Assembly (NCBI GenBank): GCA_003602515.1
Contig: QQSB01000005.1
Coordinates: 88,247-152,246, forward strand
Direction: 5' to 3'
DNA length: 64,000 nt
DNA from: Candidatus Poseidoniales archaeon
GTDB taxonomy: Archaea > Thermoplasmatota > Poseidoniia > Poseidoniales > Thalassarchaeaceae
Part shown: one piece after another, positions 61,271 to 64,000 of the stretch
How the letters are laid out: each line of letters opens with the position of its first letter
How positions within the stretch are numbered: position 1 is the stretch's first letter
Notes under the pieces: generated by a model
What the model was told of the DNA's origin: nothing
Seen by the model: only the letters and a program-made list of their open reading frames with translations
Database searches by the model: none
Position numbers and translations under genes: made by a program

Positions 61271-63036
61271 TCGGATGCCTCACCTGTCTGAACTGACCAT
61301 AACCTCGCATACAGGCCTTCCTGGGATACTAGATCGTCGTGACTCCCCATCTCGGTAATCTGCCCCTTCTCCATCACAGCGATTGTGTCTGCGTTCCTGA
61401 TTGTGGATAGCCTGTGAGCGATGATCAGGGTGGTTCGATCCCTGGATATCCTATCTATCGAGCGCTGCAGTGCCGCTTCAGTCTCGTTGTCCACGTTGCT
61501 GGTTGCCTCGTCTAGAACCAGTACTGGGGCGTCCTTCAGGACCGCCCGGGCAATTGCTATCCTCTGTCTCTGACCCCCGGATAGTCGGTGTCCATCCTCT
61601 CCAATATTGGTTTCCCAGCCCTCAGGCAGCTCATCGATGAATCCGATGGCCTCTGCGATGCGTGCTGCCTCGACAACTTCCTCCTCAGAGGCCTCGGGCC
61701 TGCCATAGAGCACGTTATCCCTCACGGTGCCCGGAAATAGGGTCGTGGTCTGGCTTACGAGAGATATCGCACCCCTCAGTGAGCCGAGCCTGAGTTCCCT
61801 GACATCATGACCGTCCATGGTGACTCTTCCCTCAAGGGGGTCGTGGAACCTGAGCAGTAGGCGAACTAGGGTTGTCTTTCCGGATCCGGTCGCTCCCACC
61901 AGCCCGACCGTCTTGCCAGAAGGTAGGTCGAGGTTGATCTCCCTGAGCACGTCCTCCCTCCCAGGGTATGTGAACTGGATTCCATCGAACCTGATGTCCC
62001 CCTCGGCCTCCTCGAGGCTTGTTTCGCCCTCGACCACTCCCACCTCGGTGTCGAGAAGGTCTAGGACCCTGCTCGTCGATGCGAGTGCCCTCTGGTATAG
62101 GTCGAATGTCTCCCCCAGCCTGGTAAGAGGCCATAGTAGACGTTGGGTGATGAATACGATTACCGAGTACTCCCCAAGGCCTATTTTTCCCTCGAGTGCA
62201 TACTTCCCGCCCACGAGCAGGTTTGCCGTGAAAGCGAACAGGATTGCCATCCTGATCAGGGGGACGAAAGATGCTGAGAGTCGGATGGCAGACCTGTTGG
62301 CGTCCCTGTACGACTTGGAAGCCTCGCTCACTCTCTGGGCTTCTCTCTCCTCGGCGGTGAATGACTTGATTGTAGTGATCCCCTGGAGGTTATTGTTCAG
62401 TATGGCGTTAAGCTCGGCTACCTCCTTGCGCACCTCGGTGTAGCGTACCCCGATCCTCCTCTGGTAGAGGAAGGACCCGGCGACTATTATCGGGACGGGG
62501 AGGATGGCGAGAATGGCTACCTCCGGTGCGAGCGAGAACATGATGCCGCTGACCACTATCACCGTGGTCCCCACCTGAAGGAGATCGTTTGCTCCGTGGT
62601 CCAGGAATCTCTCTAGTTGGTTTACGTCGTCATTCATGATCGCCATGAGGCCCCCTGTGCTCTGCTCGGAGAACCACTGCATCTCGAGATCCTGGATGTG
62701 CCTGTATGCATCCATTCTGAGCTCATGCTGGGCTGTCTGGGCTAGGTTCCTCCACAGCACCCCGTAGAAGTACTGGAATAGTGACTCTAGTACCCATATG
62801 GCCACTGTAATTCCAGCGAGGACCTGAAGCTGAACCCAGGGGTCGGTGTAACCGTAGTCAGCGAGGAATGACTCCTCCTGCTGGTGGACGACGTCTATGG
62901 CCATCCCAATCAGGACTGGAGGGGCAAGGTCCCATATCTTGTTCAAGACCGAGCATATCGATGCTAGGATGATAGTTCCCCTCTGATCCCTCATCTGAGT
63001 CATGAGTCGCGCCAGTGGGTGACGTGCTTCGGACAT
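61267..63036 (-). CDS. Fused ABC exporter (MsbA/MdlB-like permease plus ATPase)
   Basis: Six-TM domain; [29 protein letters not shown]. Confidence 0.93.
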   Translation of the reverse strand: MSEARHPLARLMTQMRDQRGTIILASICSVLNKIWDLAPPVLIGMAIDVVHQQEESFLADYGYTDPWVQLQVLAGITVAIWVLESLFQYFYGVLWRNLAQTAQHELRMDAYRHIQDLEMQWFSEQSTGGLMAIMNDDVNQLERFLDHGANDLLQVGTTVIVVSGIMFSLAPEVAILAILPVPIIVAGSFLYQRRIGVRYTEVRKEVAELNAILNNNLQGITTIKSFTAEEREAQRVSEASKSYRDANRSAIRLSASFVPLIRMAILFAFTANLLVGGKYALEGKIGLGEYSVIVFITQRLLWPLTRLGETFDLYQRALASTSRVLDLLDTEVGVVEGETSLEEAEGDIRFDGIQFTYPGREDVLREINLDLPSGKTVGLVGATGSGKTTLVRLLLRFHDPLEGRVTMDGHDVRELRLGSLRGAISLVSQTTTLFPGTVRDNVLYGRPEASEEEVVEAARIAEAIGFIDELPEGWETNIGEDGHRLSGGQRQRIAIARAVLKDAPVLVLDEATSNVDNETEAALQRSIDRISRDRTTLIIAHRLSTIRNADTIAVMEKGQITEMGSHDDLVSQEGLYARLWSVQTGEASE

Positions 63037-63122
63037 GCTCTCCGCTCGAACTGAATGTCTTCAACCCTACCGATACAAGAAGGACCAATGGCACTATGGG
63101 GTGATTATTCCCTGAGGGGGTC

Positions 63123-63701
63123 GTGGAGCCACTAGCAGCCTTCCTGATGGTGGCAGACTTCACACTGGCAGTTGTTTTCGTCGCCCTCTTCCATTGGTTG
63201 TATCGCACCGACAAGATTCCTCTGTCCTATCTTTATGCCTTCTGGATCGGAACTCTGATCGGATCGACTTGGGAGTTCACATTCCTATTCCTCGGTCCCG
63301 AGTTCCTCCATGGGGCGGTTGAATGGCCATGGGGTTTGGATGGGTGGCCGAGAAAGGTCTCCCACTCCATCTGGGACGGTGCAATATTCATGTTCGGAGT
63401 CTACCTTTGCCATCGCTGGCTGGACGGGGATCTTTTCCAGGGCTTCGATCGTAAAGAGCTCGGCATCATGTCCGGCTGGGGAATCTTTCAGGAACTGCTC
63501 GTGGAGTACCTTTTCAATGGCAGGGTCTGGATCTACGAACCGTTGTCTTGGAACCCTGTAATCATTCCAACCGTACCTGGCTCTGCCCCATTGTCCCCGG
63601 GATACACATTGATACCTCAAGCCGTATGGGTAATCGCCCCAGTGGTATTCTATACCTGCTTTCTATGGCTCGTGAAGAGATTTCCAGATAGTGAGAAATA
63701 G
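63123..63701 (+). CDS. Hypothetical Trp-rich integral membrane protein
   Basis: About five TMs with intramembrane acidic residues (TWEF, IWDG, QELLVEY); GAGGGGG SD before GTG. Confidence 0.7.
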   Translation: MEPLAAFLMVADFTLAVVFVALFHWLYRTDKIPLSYLYAFWIGTLIGSTWEFTFLFLGPEFLHGAVEWPWGLDGWPRKVSHSIWDGAIFMFGVYLCHRWLDGDLFQGFDRKELGIMSGWGIFQELLVEYLFNGRVWIYEPLSWNPVIIPTVPGSAPLSPGYTLIPQAVWVIAPVVFYTCFLWLVKRFPDSEK

Positions 63702-63754
63702 GCGGCACCCGATAGTGGCTTGGTGAAATTTTAATATAGAACCGTTCTGACTTC

Positions 63755-63943
63755 GTGTCAGGTGAAAAAGTGAAAGGACAGATAGCAAATTTAGGATTAG
63801 CGGCTAGTGCAGTATCGATTGTAGCATCCGTGTACATATATTTCATGCACGACGGTGGAAACCATGACTTGGGTATCTTTGTGGGATTGTGGGCACCAAC
63901 TCTAATTCTATTTTCCCAAGAAATTGACAAAATGATGAAGTGA
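63755..63943 (+). CDS. Small two-TM membrane protein (GIFVGLWAPT motif)
   Basis: Two TMs; TTTAATATA TATA box upstream. Start may be GTG 63770. Confidence 0.7.
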   Translation: MSGEKVKGQIANLGLAASAVSIVASVYIYFMHDGGNHDLGIFVGLWAPTLILFSQEIDKMMK

Positions 63944-64000
63944 AACGGGCAACTGTGCTTCTCATTGGCGTATTAAGTGCCAGTGAGTTATGAGCGGCAA

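Overview
Gene-dense archaeal chromosomal segment. Archaeal markers include aRF1, aIF2-beta, aTrm56, class I LysRS, NOG1, XPD and DUF2116. It also carries many bacterial-type metabolic genes: a BCKDH operon with lipA/lipB, folB/folM/folP, phhB, dut, argS, flotillin/NfeD and gdhA. This mix, plus very large acidic surface proteins, best fits a marine Thermoplasmatota of Marine Group II (Poseidoniales); the assignment is an inference. About 55 CDSs and one tRNA-Leu(TAA) were found; no rRNA, CRISPR, integrase or transposase was seen. Highlights: (1) a ~2,980-aa surface protein with Ca-binding repeats, a transglutaminase core with an altered triad, an Ig-like stalk and DUF4129, next to a second Ig-repeat protein; (2) a Tat-less molybdopterin oxidoreductase with a fused FeS-NrfD partner, abutting two DUF2061 genes; (3) a tandem ribbon-helix-helix regulator preceded by three 11-bp phased boxes; (4) a 38-aa CPxCG zinc-finger microprotein missing from the ORF track; (5) a probable ATT start for argS; (6) a degenerate TATA-like motif 28-30 nt upstream of many start codons, implying leaderless mRNAs. 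All family calls come from motif recognition by eye, not database searches.
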